A stretch of DNA of 57,843 nucleotides, the filler included, from Trichosphaerium sp. ATCC 40318 (taxonomy: Eukaryota; Protista; Tubulinea): assembly GCA_038496445.1 (NCBI GenBank). It is 2 parts of 2 records of this genome, joined end to end, with 100 filler letters (N's around TTAATTAATTAA, not from the genome) between each part and the next. Parts side by side here need not be neighbours in the genome. Positions count along the whole stretch, not along the records: positions 1 to 29,384 come from JALMLS010000443.1; positions 29,485 to 57,843 come from JALMLS010000386.1. One strand, written 5' to 3'. Below are positions 23,649-36,790 of the stretch, piece after piece. Under the pieces are notes generated by a model. That model ran no database searches and had not been told where the DNA came from. It saw nothing but the letters and a program-made list of their open reading frames with translations. The translations under genes and the position numbers were made by a program. Positions within the stretch are counted from its first letter, which is position 1, and each line of letters starts with the position of its first letter.

Positions 23649-26600
23649 CCTGGACACCGCTTTATTGTTGATACGTTTGGGGCTCAATACGCACCGAAAC
23701 ATGGATGGCAAATAGATCCTTTTGGTGCATCAACACCTCAAGCAGGACTCGAGAAACTAATGGGATTTAAAGCTCACGTGATTCAACGTATTCCATACTT
23801 GGAAAAAGTACTCGGTTTTTAGTTGTTTACCGGCTCATTGTATTCCTAATTATTGTTTTAAGGACGATATGAAAGCTTCAAAAACACTTGAGTTTTTTTG
23901 GGATAATAACCCTGATCAACCTATTCAGGAGATATTCACTCACACTCTTGCTTTCAACTATTGTAATTTATACGATAATCTAAAACTTATAACAAACGTT
24001 ACAGCCAGTAATGTTAAGTCTGTATCAGATAACCTATATGGCTTGATTACAACCCTCGCATCCTATTATGCGTAAGATGTATTACTACAGTATTAGTTTT
24101 AACCTAAGTCTGTAGTACAAAGAATGTTCTGATGCCTTGGGGATGCGATTTTTCTTTCAGCTCGCTTGCTAATCGAAGTGCAGTACAGCAGTTTGATCAA
24201 ATGGATAAGGTTTTAGCTTATATGAACCAATACCCAGAAACTTATCCAGTGTACATAACGTATAACATATTTGATACCATTGCTTACTTGTATTTATAGA
24301 TCAATACAATACAGCACTTTGAAGGACTATTTTACAGCCCCAAGTATCGCAAACTCATCCACATTTGCGACAAGAAACGACACAGACTTCTTTCCGTACA
24401 TTGATAGAGCAGACTCATACTGGACGGTACTATTATTTTTTTTGGATTATTCAAAATACTATTGTACAAAAAAACTAAGAATTATTCTAGGGTTTCTACA
24501 CATCAAAACCATTCATCAAAACAATGGTTCGACGAAGTGAATATATTAACAGAGCTTCTGAAATAGCGTAAGCTGTATTTATTACTTGTTTTTATGTTTG
24601 ACACTCACTTCTAGAGTGTCGACACAAAATGGACAAGCTGATGTATCTTTGGGTAGAACACATTACACAAACAATCTCAAGACACTTAACATATCTCGAG
24701 CAGTACGTTTTCTATCATCATAATACATGCGATACAATAGTACCTTACTGATAGCACTCAGGGTATTGGTGTTGTTGAACATCATGATGCTGTTACTGGA
24801 ACCGAGAGATGGGATGTTGCTGTCAACTACTCCAGAATGTAAGATTATCAGCGCATAGTTTTTCTAACTTTATTTAAGCCTGTTTGCTGCGAATGAAGGA
24901 TGTCACAATACTACTGCGGAATCCCTGGCGTATTTGTTAGGAAATACTGGAGGCGTAATCCCACCGCCTGTATTAACAAACTACACAACAGACTTACTAA
25001 ACATTCAGCCAGGACAAGTAAGTGAAAGCTGTTCCTAGAAATGTCTAAGTCAAAGATCTATTAACAATTTGTTTAGACAATACCTGTGATTATTCACAAT
25101 AGTCTTGGTTGGACAAGAGATGACATGGCTGTACTGCCTGTCAATGTTCCAGTGTTGGAAGTTCAAAACTGGGCAGGAACGATAATACCATCTCAGGTAA
25201 AAAAACTAGAAACGTTGTTTTTAAACAATCACGTGACTTTCATTAGATAAACCCATCCCGACTGTCTAATGAAGAAGGCGATTATAATCTATTCTTTCAA
25301 GTGAAAGTATATGGCATGGGATTCGAAACATATTTCGTCACAAGGCCAACAACAAGTTCATCTCCAACAGTGCCAATTGTTCCAACTGTTCCATTCAACA
25401 TGGAAAACGCCTACATGTCCATTAAAATATCAACAAGTAAAATAATAGAAGGAATAACGATAAAACCGTCATTTACTATCTCTGCTGTTCAACTGGTACG
25501 TCGAGTATAGTTTGGCCATACATGCCTCTAAAACTTTGTATAGCCTTGGCTATATAATTCAACTACATATGGTATTCAAAAGTCAGGTGCTTATATATTT
25601 AATCCTACAGGAGCCGCTTCCAAATTTGTTCACTCCGTAAATACTGAACTAGTAAAAGGTCCACTAGTCACAGAAGTATACCAAGTGCGTCATACCAATC
25701 CACAACAGCACCTTTGAATTCATCATAAGATTTGTTTACCTTCATCTAGGAATTTACCAGCATTGGAGGTCCAACTTTTTACTATCAAGTTATAAGACTG
25801 TATTCAGGGAACTCCAACATTGAAAAGTATTTTGATATCCTTCATCAGGTTGGTGTTATCCCCATAGACACAGACATCATCACAAGATGGCAAACAAATA
25901 TTGATTCCAAGAATTTCTTGTACACAGATGACAATGCTTATGCCAAACAGAAAAGAGTTCGTGTTGATAGTACATCTCCCTATTATCCAGGAAACTATTG
26001 GCCTTCAGTTTATTATTCTTATATTGAAGCTTATTTACCTACAACGTTACAAGCTAGACTTACGGTACAGTTTATAACTTGGAGTTTATCTACATTTCTA
26101 AATACAGTTTCCTTGTCAGGTTGTTCATGACTACACTCATGGAGCTGGGACATTTTCATCAGGAGCAATGGAACTCATGATGCATAGACGAACAAGTACA
26201 GATGACAATAGAGGACTTAAACAAGCTTTAGATGACACTCATGTGGTCCACCCTAAACATCGTGTCATGTTGAATGAGATTGGTGATAAAAGTACGTACT
26301 ATCACGTTGTTTTAACATGTACTTTGAAACTTGACTATATCGTGTGTAATTGTGAATAGGTAGCTCTGATCAAGATGAAGAACGAATAAAGCAAATGTAC
26401 AGACTTAACTTTCCTCTTTCTTATTATTACGGTAAACCAGACGTGATGAGTGTTTGGAAGTCAAAATATAGAGGTTCTTTCCAACCAATAGGAGGTACAG
26501 ACATCTCTTTTACATAACCTCATGCTTATCTATACACCTAGTCATTCCTAGAAACGTTCATGTCCTTTCGTTATCACTTATCACTGTGACTAGAACTAAC

Positions 26601-27066
26601 TTACAGTTCATTGTCAGGCATGTTCACATTACTTTAGTTGTGTTTGTAGTAGTTCACATTATTCAAACAGCTGGACCTTACTCTTTCATTGTAGATTACA
26701 ACATTTATACGGCTCTGATGAATTTCCAATTCACTATGCACAGCCTGTAACTATCGATATACAAAGTGTGTTACCGTTTACTATAGACGTTTCAGACATT
26801 GTTGAAATGACATTGACAGGAAATGAAGTTGTAAATCCCAGTCCAGGATTCATGATAACCTTGACACCCAAGCAAATTCGTACATTCTATGTAACTACCA
26901 CTTATCAAACAGGATAGAATAAACCATATTTGATCACTTTAACATATTGTGTAAGCTTGTCTAAGAGCTAAATACGTGGTACAAAAAATATTTATTTAAT
27001 AAAAGTACATCTTAGTTTTTTTTTTAAAAGACATCATTATACCCCGTTTTGGGGCGTGTGGAGTTG

Positions 27067-29330
27067 TCATGTTTCTTCCATTTCTACTTCTTTAGGTATT
27101 GTATTTTTAGGTTCCTTTGGTTTGCTTACCCTGAAACTCATTGACCGTAACATCCCAACAAAACTCTGCGTTTTAGACTAAAAAAAAAGATTAAGAAAAA
27201 ATTTCCAAACGCTCAATAAGGCTTGAACTTTCAGCTGTTTTAGCTGTAATTATTGCATTGCCGCATGGTTTACTGTATTGTTTCAAACAGCAAGAAAAAT
27301 ATGTATCAAAACACGTGTTGATGACGTACAATCTTTTGTTTTTGAACAAGCCGTTGTGCAAGATTAGGTTCTGGAGCCTCCGCTACCGAGCTTGGTTCAG
27401 TATCACATGATTCCGTAACGCTGTTATTATCTTTTGGAGAAGGTGAAGCACGTCTAGATCCTTTAATACGTGCACTCATCTCAGGACTCATTGGAGCTGA
27501 AGACACAGAAGATTCTTCTGTAATAGGTTCAATCTCAACTGAGTTATGCTCTGCTGCTTTACTGCTTTTCTTGCCTCCAACATCCTTAACGTATATGTAT
27601 TAGTACTAAGAAGAGAATGTTCCTATAAAAAACAACAAGCGCACCGATTCATCAGGCATTTCAGATAAAGGTTCAATTCTTGATTGAAGTTGACTTCGTC
27701 TTTGTGCTCTTGGACTGTTTGGCATCATTGAACTTAAGTTGGGAGAGATCGAAGTACGTCTAATGCCAGTACCAGTGCCATAGTTCTTATCATCATAACC
27801 CTAAGAATCGTTACACAAGTGAAGTTTTTGAGATTCATACCAAAACTACAACTTTGTATATACGATAGAACTTTGGTACGTATAGTAGTATTAATGTTAA
27901 TGTTGTAGCGAATAGTATCCCATAGACTTGTACTAGTTTGGCTGTTTGGTATTCAGCAACAATGATGGATGCAGCAGCTACTACAATTGCTACAAAAGTG
28001 ATATTGTAGATCTTGAAAAAGTCAAGGAATGAAAGCGGATGAAAGCGGTTTCGCAAAAAAATCGTAAAATGGAAGTTTTGTCATGCCTATGGCTAGCCAA
28101 GAAATTATTTGCCTTGATAATAGTAACCACTTAATTTAGTAATTAAAGAAGGTTTTTGTTTCAAGGATTAGATGTTGGCTGCCTGACACGGACAATACAA
28201 AGCTGAATTTTGTTTTCGAAGGAAAAAACAAACTTGATTTGAAAGGATACACTTGCTGAAATCCATTTTGCCTCGCTGAATCGTTCTGTTACTTTTCTTA
28301 TCTGTATACATAACACCAAGCACATAATAAGTAGTATCAATTTATAACCACCAAGGAAAAGTTCAAACATAAGTAAAGTTGATGCACGTTTAGTTGTGCA
28401 TGCATTTATAGTAGTGACTGGGTCTCCATCTAATACAATCAGTACAATATACTCCAAAGCGTTAAGCAACATGAAACCCATGGCGTACCGTCTGTCAAGT
28501 CTACATTTATGAGAGATGAGCGAAGATGGTCAATTGAACTCCATAGTATCAAAATAACCTAAACAAGAAAAGTTACAACAAGCGCTTTTTGTCCATGCTG
28601 ATGGTTGCTACGCACAATTTCTACTAATATGAGAATAAATACATATTTAAGTAAAGAGTTTGTTCTTATAGTCAATACACGCATTGCTTTATTGTTGAAT
28701 ATCTTCTGTATTCGCCATGTTTTAACAAACAAGCAACTAAAAAAAAACTGTTAGATGACTTGCTTTGCAAGTAATTCATTTGGCACGTACGCAAATACTG
28801 TGATATAAGCTGTACCAAGAAGCCACGGAATAAGAAAACATATAATATCACGTGCCAATGTAGGGAGACTCTATAATATTGATTAGCCGCTAAAAAGCTT
28901 TACATGTAGAAAAAGTAGAAAAATGTTGTGAAAGTGACGTACTTCAAAATCTAGCACCCATAAAATGCAAGTAAGATATATAACTGCAATACCACATAAA
29001 ATAATGATATGGAAAAGAGATGTAGACGCTAAGGGAATAGAAGTAAGTGAAGAGCAGATTGAAAAGTCACAAAAAAAAAAAGAATCACAATGATATTACC
29101 TTTGATTGCTGGTTGCTCCCAATAAATTATAACAAGGACTAGGAAAACAATACATAAAATAAATCCCAGAACAGAAGCAATAATAGCAGCATATGAAGCT
29201 CCGCTATTAAGATAAGTCACAGTAGCAGCTAGACCTACAAAAATCGTTAAGTTACAAGCAACAAACTAAATAGAACTAACGATCAGTGGGTGTCTTCGAA
29301 GTGCCATCAGGCCATATTATCTGAGAAAGT
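27067..29330 (-). CDS. Family C (GABA-B/Grl-like) GPCR, multi-exon; 5' part lost at the gap
   Basis: IWPDGTSKTPTD linker; TM1 followed by YWEQPAIK; LFVKTWRIQKIF; IRKVTERFSEAKWI; IYNITF; LLYVPKF; Ser/Pro-rich tail. Stop position tentative. Confidence 0.85.
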
Positions 29331-29384
29331 TACCAAAATCAGGCTCGAACCAAACGACCATACGCCAACAGTCTCGAATTCACC

Positions 29385-29484
29385 NNNNNNNNNNNNNNNN
29401 NNNNNNNNNNNNNNNNNNNNNNNNNNNNTTAATTAATTAANNNNNNNNNNNNNNNNNNNNNNNNNNNNNNNNNNNNNNNNNNNN
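29385..29484. other. Artificial contig-joining spacer
   Basis: 44 N + TTAATTAATTAA (stops in all six frames) + 44 N. Confidence 0.97.
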
Positions 29485-30328
29485 TACGTTGATAGCGGTG
29501 CTACCAACGTTTACAGATGAATTTAATTTAACCGCCAAACGGCAGTATTCTATAGGGCGTAGTGGGCGTGTTTTTGATATAGCAGCTCGTCCCTCCTGCT
29601 TTAAAGTTCTAGAATATAAAAATATTCTAACCGATACATTTTTAACAGATTCTATTGTGTACCGGTCGCAATAGATTGTAATACCATAATTACCGAGGGA
29701 GATAGAATTATTGAACGTTGAGCATGTTAATTTACTTGTCTGTATGTACGGAGAACTTCCATACACCAGCTCCAAGAGTACTATAAGGTTTGTCAACAAC
29801 CAAATAGTATTAGACGTTGCATTCATCGTAAATAATTTTTTCCCCCTGAAGTAGAATTGTAGTAAATCTTGTGTACAAATAAAGTCAATACCATAAACCA
29901 CAGTCAAGTAATGGAAGCGTACGACATCTTGGTATTGCGAAAGGTTGTTTTGGCACTTTAGACTTGGATCTAAGCCGTTTGTTTAGAAAAAACAGGTTCT
30001 TGAAGATATATTGGCTTGGCGGGTCAGTAAACGACCTAATTTTGCGTCTGTATCTATATTGGAAGCATGTCAACAGTATGTGAAGCTTATCGCTCGTTTT
30101 TTGTTCTCAAAGCTACAACAAACGCATTGGTTGCGTTTTTTGCGGTTTTACAGTTTTCTTGTGAATGGGGCAAACATTAAACCGTTTGAACTTTTAGTGT
30201 TCATCAATACATCGTCTCTCACAATGACCCATTCGTATCACTCCGATACAAGAAGCGTGGATCCAATTCTACTAATGCCATCACTTCCATAAACGCCAAG
30301 GTGACGACATTCACTAACTTCACAGGTA

Positions 30329-31899
30329 ATGAGTGAGATTCCAACAACTTCTCTGATGTTTGAAATAACCTTATTCCTTTGTTCTTTAGAGCTCCCAACC
30401 GAGATTGTATGGCACGTGATAAGCTTTCTAGATGCCAAATGTATTCTTGCGATATCACAAACAGCAAAGCCGTATTCGAAGTATTGCCAGAGTCAGTTCA
30501 CGTGGCTATTCGAAGTCAGTAGAGTAAGTTGGGTCTATTTTTTGATACAATGTACTATTACCTGTTTGTGACTTACTGTTGATTATCAAGAGCAGAGCTA
30601 GCACATATGCATTCTTAAACAAGTATTATAAAGCAGGTTTGAATCCATATACGGTTCAGAAGACACTCTCCAAGCGAAAGCACACAAACCGCATGAAGAA
30701 AAGAATGAAACATCAAAACTTACCTGACCGAAAAATCTCCTCTATACTTAAAAGGGAAAAAAAACAGTATCAAATGGATGTCCTTTTCCTTGGAAACAAT
30801 ATACACATGTGCATGGGAGGTTTAGCAAGGTCAATAGTGGCACCAGACTTTTCTCCGTTCAAGAGATGCATTCAAAAATACACACTTTCTGTTGCTTTGA
30901 AGGCATCAAAAGACAATCCTGAGGTATCGAAGAACACCTTTGTTAACTTACACCACAACTTACACTTACACCATAACTTACATGTGATACCTAGAGTAAA
31001 TGTGCAGAGGTAATTAAGTCCTCAATTGCTCAAGAACTGATTGCTGAAGGCCTTGAAACAATTGATGTTGAAGATGATGAGCGAGCCAAATAGTACGGGT
31101 TTTTTGTCCTTTCTTGGATTGCTAACAATCTCAATGTGGTAGTTTCGAAGGAGCTGCTTCAATGATACTGGATAAAGAATACACTGTGATACCAGAACAT
31201 ATTGAAAACATGTGTTGTACACTCCTACATACTGACAAACCTCTTGAATATATTAGTAATATGTCAAGTACTGATATGATGTACAAGTGGAAAAAAAAAA
31301 AACTGTCACGTGATTGGTCTTTATATTTTTCCTAGGTTGACTATGTACCCTTCAATGTCTCACACACTATTCCAAAACGTCATACAAGATAAACTTGCAT
31401 ACGGAAACGATTGTTTAATAATGTACAACATTGTACTTGGTGAATACCGTGTACATGACCCAATCTTCGGCACAAAACTACACAGATCAATACATGAGTA
31501 CTCATTGTGGTGTAATATCCTTTATAAAACTAAAGGTTGTAGTATGGCTATATTTATCTACAAAGATGACCATATAGTACCTAGTGAGTTCTGTGAGAAG
31601 TTCCCAGATTGCCCTGAAGGTAATCCTTTACCCCTTTTCTATTTGAATTTTGAGATGGACCAAGCTCTTTAACTAACGCTTTCTTTCTAGACACAATGGA
31701 CTCTATTTTTGAGTACCTACGGCTATTATTCACTTCTCATATGTATGAAGGAGCAGTCACAGATGAAGAGGGAAGCAGCACAATGACTACAGCATACTCA
31801 TATTTTCATTACTACTCAATTCTTCACTTCTCTGTCAACTTATGTGATGTTTTCAAAAGTGTGATGGTGTCCAGAGCTCTAGATGTGGCTGGTTATTAA
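30329..31899 (+). CDS. F-box protein, multi-exon; exon structure uncertain
   Basis: LELPTEIVWHVISFLDAKCILAISQTAK..W followed by consecutive plus-strand ORFs. Confidence 0.6.
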
Positions 31900-33679
31900 G
31901 GCATTGCGAATAACAAAGTACCTAGGCTTTGGGTGGATTTTTGACTTGATCAGCGCCAGTACTTGTGTATAAGTTTAATAAAAAATGGTTAGTTTAACTT
32001 GCATTGTGAAAAAAGTAAGCAGTTTGGCAAAAAACTTAAGTACGCATTTTACGTCTTAAAATTTTATTCGTACATAGCTTTTCCCTTTGAAATTATGTCT
32101 GTGTTTAGACCACATCCTCAATCAACCAACCTGAGACAGCTAGATGATCTTTGGGAGGAAAGGAACATATCTGTCCCTGACAGATAGCTTGAGCGCAGAG
32201 CGAGCATCTGGGATTTATTTACAACACAATGTCAAATAAAAAAATCGAAAAAGGGACCACATATGTGAGTTTAAGAAAAGGACACTGGGATATTTTTTAT
32301 ACAACCATGAGGGTGAGGTGGGTGATTTCTGCTTGCTATCCTGTTGCTGTCGTGATAAGGTTGCGAGTTGGTCTTAGTCCTTCGTATTCAAATGATAATG
32401 CACTGCTGGAAAACTCCCAGTTTAGGCTTTCGTTTACACATAGAAGTATTGGGCGCTATTAACATTTACGCATTATCCTTTGGAATCCCACAAAAAAGTT
32501 GGTCATGTTCTAATGTACAACTCTATTTCTCAACCTTCTTGGTTTATATATTTACAAGTAATCCACGTATCAGTGCCTGTAGGTATATAACGGCTTGATT
32601 TTTCTCTTCGGACATATCACGCGTTCATAATCAGCAAGTTGAGAACAACTATTTTCTAACAAAAAAAGTCTCACCTTTTCTTGATAGCATTTTGTAAATA
32701 CTTGCCATTGATAAAAACCAGAGACTTGCTATGAATCACGAATTCCTCGACTACTTACTGTCGTTGTTTGATGCTCTATTTATTGCTACTACAAATCAAC
32801 AAAGCAACCTATAGTATGGGCCTATTTTAAGGCACTTTGGCGTTTGCAAGCGAGAGCAAACTACCAGTACAGTGCTACTAAAAGGTAGCGTAAGTAGAGA
32901 GGTAGTGTATGTAGTATTTCTATATTGACTGTACATTTTTCTAGCTCGCATTTTTTGATTGACGCTGGGTTTTAATAGGTTACACACTTGCCAAGGCCTT
33001 CAACACCTCATCTAGTACATCTGTACATAATAAAGCAATCACAAAAATAAACCACAAGCCAGCTTTGACTCTTTTTAAGTACAATTGACAAACGCTCTTC
33101 CCACCAATGAAAAAAACTTCCTGACAATACAGAACGTGTGTACACTATATTAGAGTATGACAGGACCTTATGCGACATACCACGCATTTTGTCGAATTAT
33201 TGTTTAGCCTAGGTGCTTTCTCATGTGATACATTCACATTGTGCTAGTCAACTCTGTATGTTTTGCACGATTCACCCTTTGCTTGATTAACATAATTATA
33301 CATACTGTGGTGCATACTATCCGTGGAATGTAAATAAAAGCAATGCCATTGTAAGTTGACAATTAAGATTGGGTTATAGCGCTCAAATAGGCGTTGGTCT
33401 CTTTTGTATGTCCAAAGTTACTACATACTCTACGTGCTACAAAAAGATACAACCTTTTTTGCAGATGTTGTTACATTCCTTAATACAACAGGCAGCTGAC
33501 GTTGTTCGCTGTACCAGTTTTGGCTTATTTCAACAGGCAACCTTTGCCTTAGGTTTGTGGTCCTCGTGTACAGTCGTGAGAGTCGTGTAGTTTCGTGTTA
33601 TGTGAAATCGGGATTACATCGGACAAACTCTTGAAAAACTCTCTACACCTTTTCACTCAAAAAATTATTATCACTCACA

Positions 33680-34077
33680 ATGAGCAACTTATCTTTACCT
33701 ACGCTATCCTTGGCTATTCTTTTTGTAGTCTTTATGTTCGCATGTCCTGTATCAGGAAATGACGAAGAGGCAGAAGCGTGCATAGGCAAATGGTGTTCAA
33801 GGCTGTATGAAAAAACTGAGGGAGGTTCGGGAACTTTTTGCTCTGACATTTGGGGATCTTGCCCTAAAACGAGTTATGACGGCGTATGCACTTTTCCATT
33901 GTCTACGCTGTTCAACTTTCGACTCACTTCTAAGTATAGTATGACCACATATCAGGCAAGAAAAACTGCGGTAAACGATGCAATCAGAGAACACCTAGTG
34001 CTGGAAGATGTAATACTTATAATGGTTTCATGACGATTGGTACTAATGCGAAAGTATCCCGCTATAGATGTGATTAA
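33680..34077 (+). CDS. Small secreted cysteine-rich protein, 113 aa, two exons
   Basis: Hydrophobic signal peptide; intron 33884-33939 (GTATGC..TATAG) joins SYDG to YDHISGKKNCGKRC..GRC..RYRCD*; 8 Cys in the mature part. Confidence 0.7.
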
Positions 34078-34439
34078 GCGAGTGTATATCTATATAGTAA
34101 CCACATGCATGTTGTATGTGACTTGCTATCTCAGTGCTAGTGTTAAGCAAACTATAAATAAATTGATTTTTTGTTGGCATTTTATTTTAGAAGCCTTTCA
34201 ACCCATTGAGTCAAGTTTTGAATTATCACGTGTTACTATGATAAAACAGCTAGGCAAACGTATGACGCGTGTAAATGCAGATACGTATGTTATTGCAATA
34301 TCACATGCCTTGTAATTAATATTGTCCGTATCATTCAAGTTTGCAAAACTGTGCAAATTTTTTGTTGTTTGTGGCTGTTGGTTTTCGTGTTTAGTCAGAT
34401 CTGACAGTCTTGCAAGTTATGTTAGTTCTTACAGAAATA

Positions 34440-34729
34440 GCAGATACAACGTTTGAAATGTGATTTAGTTGACAGCAAAAACTGACAAGATATTACGGGT
34501 CTGATAGTTCTTGCAATATCTTACACTTTGATAGGTGTACATTAGATTGATTTATCAAACAGATTATGGCATTGCATCATTGGCAGGTGCACATAAGATT
34601 AATTTGTCAAACACAAATGTAATAGATGAAGGCTTAAAGGTATTGGCAGGTGTACATACTATTTGCTTGCGGTCTTGTAAATCAATAACAGATGCAGGTT
34701 TAAGAACACTTGCGCTCACAGGCTTATAG
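34440..34729 (+). pseudogene. Leucine-rich repeat (F-box/AMN1-type) gene fragment
   Basis: INLSNTNVIDEGLKVLAGVHTICLRSCKSITDAGLRTLA; upstream sequence is interrupted. Confidence 0.55.
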
Positions 34730-35899
34730 CATCTCATTGTCCAAAGGAGCAATAGCAGAAGACAAAGGAGTCAAAGAAGAATTGACACATAGATACTAGT
34801 TTCATGGCTGTACATGTGTTTTACTCCGTTACAAACGTTTGGGTAAACTTCAGTTGACTTCGTATAAAACAACAACTACCGACAAAGCTTAAACAACATG
34901 GCGAGCAGCAATCACCCACATCCCACCCAAAAATTTCCTTTTCAATTTGTTTTCAAAACTGCAACAACCTTTCTTTTATTTTCCAAGTGTTCTTGTATCA
35001 TATAACAAATGCTTGGCACTGTGCTAGAGCCACAAGATATTTTGCCTTCCTCCCAACATCGTCTTAGTTAGTATTCCTTGGTTAGTTGATAGAAGAAAGT
35101 CAACTGAGAGTGTTAGAACTGTAACAGCTGATTGGTGGTAGAGTAGTTACGACTTCTGTTTAGGAATAATGAACAGTCCTAATAAAGCTAGCAGTAGTTT
35201 ACTTTTGAATTAGCTTACAACATTTTGGGCCAAGTTTGTAGCTTCGCGTTTTTGGTTATTAGAGGAATTATATCTTGTATGCAATTAATGGTATGTAATT
35301 GTTGGTTAGATGTCTTTGAATAAAAATACACATAACCGCTTCAAATACACGTGGTAATCCAGTGTTTATTTGACATTTGATACATCATGTATAGTATGAT
35401 TGTGCTAGCAATGTTAGTTTTAAGCAAAAACCACTTTGAAGTTGGACAGCGTGTGTTGATCGAACACGTGCTTTTTTTTATTTTTGGTGCATTGGACATT
35501 TTTCTTCATTGAAAAAAATTTAGGTAGGGGTTGGTTGAGATTATTATAGGCCACTTCTCGGCCTATTGGCTAAAATCAAGTGGTGTATCTGTTCTCAGCA
35601 GTTTAAACGCTGTTGGTGTTATTCCTACCAAAGCACGAAACCGTTTATGCTAATTTTTTATTTTGGGCTTCTTGGACCGTTGCAGGCTTGCCTGTTTTTA
35701 CAAATCCTTATTGCAATTCTACATGGTGTTGCACTACCCGCCATTCAAGGTCAACCATATCTCTTTAAAACAAGAAAAAAACTAAAGACTTAAACAACAT
35801 TCAATGAAGCAGGCTTCATATTGTGGAGTATTGTTTCTGTTTTGTTCAACGTGTAACAATAAGGGGGAGCATCAAGTTTTCTTCCTATGCTGATTTATT

Positions 35900-35917
35900 A
35901 CAATTTTGTTACTTTGC
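35900..35917 (+). repeat. LINE target-site duplication, left copy
   Basis: ACAATTTTGTTACTTTGC, identical to 41991-42008. Confidence 0.95.
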
Positions 35918-36166
35918 TTTTTTTTTTTTAGAATAAGAGGCAGCGCGCTAGCGCCTACTTTATTACATATAGATTTGTTACATTGTATTGGTTACATAAT
36001 TTAGATAAATTTAAAAATAAATTCATTGTGCAATAAGTTCTTTCTCAACAGTATACTGACTCAATATATAGATAAAATCATTAGGTGTGAATAAGAAAAT
36101 GATTAAACGGAAAGAGAAAAAGAAAGAAAAAAGGGGGGTTGGGGGGGAATTAAAAACATAACCTTT

Positions 36167-36240
36167 GAGGGCCTATAGGGGCAAAATAGTTGGAGGGCCT
36201 ATAGGGGCAAATTAGTTCAAGGACCTATAGGGGTGAAATC
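36167..36240. repeat. Three ~26-bp tandem repeats, each containing the palindrome CCTATAGG
   Basis: GAGGGCCTATAGGGGCAAAATAGTTG / GAGGGCCTATAGGGGCAAATTAGTTC / AAGGACCTATAGGGGTGAAATC. Confidence 0.85.
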
Positions 36241-36253
36241 AAATGTTTATTTT

Positions 36254-36634
36254 TTAGAGCAAACATTTTGGAAGTACAATGCCTTTGAAGTTGTGGCCAC
36301 TACAACTGCCATTGATGACACACATATTTCTCTCATTGTTGATAGCACTCGGTTCAAAGGTCATATGCTTAGCATCAATGCATTCTTTTTCATGGCAGCG
36401 GTGGCTGAGGTCAACAATGCTTCTACTCAAACCAGACCAAACAACATATTTTTCATCACCAGAAAAACCTTCCTGCTCAGTATAGACAGTGATTCCAGCA
36501 ACACAGTATCTTGCCAAATGCCCTGTCTTGAAATACTTGCCACCAATCTTGGCCCTGGGATAGCCGGAACAGTCTAGTTTCTTGTTTGCAGTGAGTACTA
36601 GACATCCACTATCTAAATGAGTAAAAGTAATTAG
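36254..36634 (-). CDS. His-Me finger (His-Cys box / zf-His_Me_endon-like) endonuclease domain; probable spliced exon starting at 36612
   Basis: 126 open codons: SGCLV..SGYPRAKIGGKYFKTGHLA...VDLSHRCHEKECIDAKHMTFEPSAINNERNMC..SC.GH....PKCLL. No upstream ATG; TGACTAAT..TTTAG acceptor. Confidence 0.8.
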   Translation of the reverse strand, partial: LITFTHLDSGCLVLTANKKLDCSGYPRAKIGGKYFKTGHLARYCVAGITVYTEQEGFSGDEKYVVWSGLSRSIVDLSHRCHEKECIDAKHMTFEPSAINNERNMCVINGSCSGHNFKGIVLPKCLL

Positions 36635-36790
36635 TCAAACTTATTAAATCATTCGAGGTCCTATTCCCCCCCAAGAAAGAAAAGAATAATATTAAATTAA
36701 GGACTACACACTAGGTGCGGTGCCTCAGTATAGGGAGCGCAAACGGCTCCAAATTTGCGAAGCAAATTAGGAGGGAACGCGACCTTAAAA

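Larger units (their letters stand above)
11093..26917 (+). pseudogene. MRH-GH38 alpha-mannosidase copy 2, disrupted by an exonic Gypsy insertion
   Basis: Colinear with 1601-6104 including ~230 bp of promoter and the introns; HTHNDVGW motif; exon MAVG|HRF split at 13255/23649 upstream of the nucleophile motif WQIDPFG; MITE in intron 1. Confidence 0.88.

Noticed and set aside
29429-29440. TTAATTAATTAA palindrome
   Set aside because: Synthetic six-frame stop linker centred in a 100-nt N spacer
29485-30073. Possible extracellular-domain exons of the GPCR
   Set aside because: Lies across an artificial join and has no diagnostic motif
36233-36577. 114-aa plus-strand ORF
   Set aside because: Antisense shadow of the His-Me finger frame; no motif
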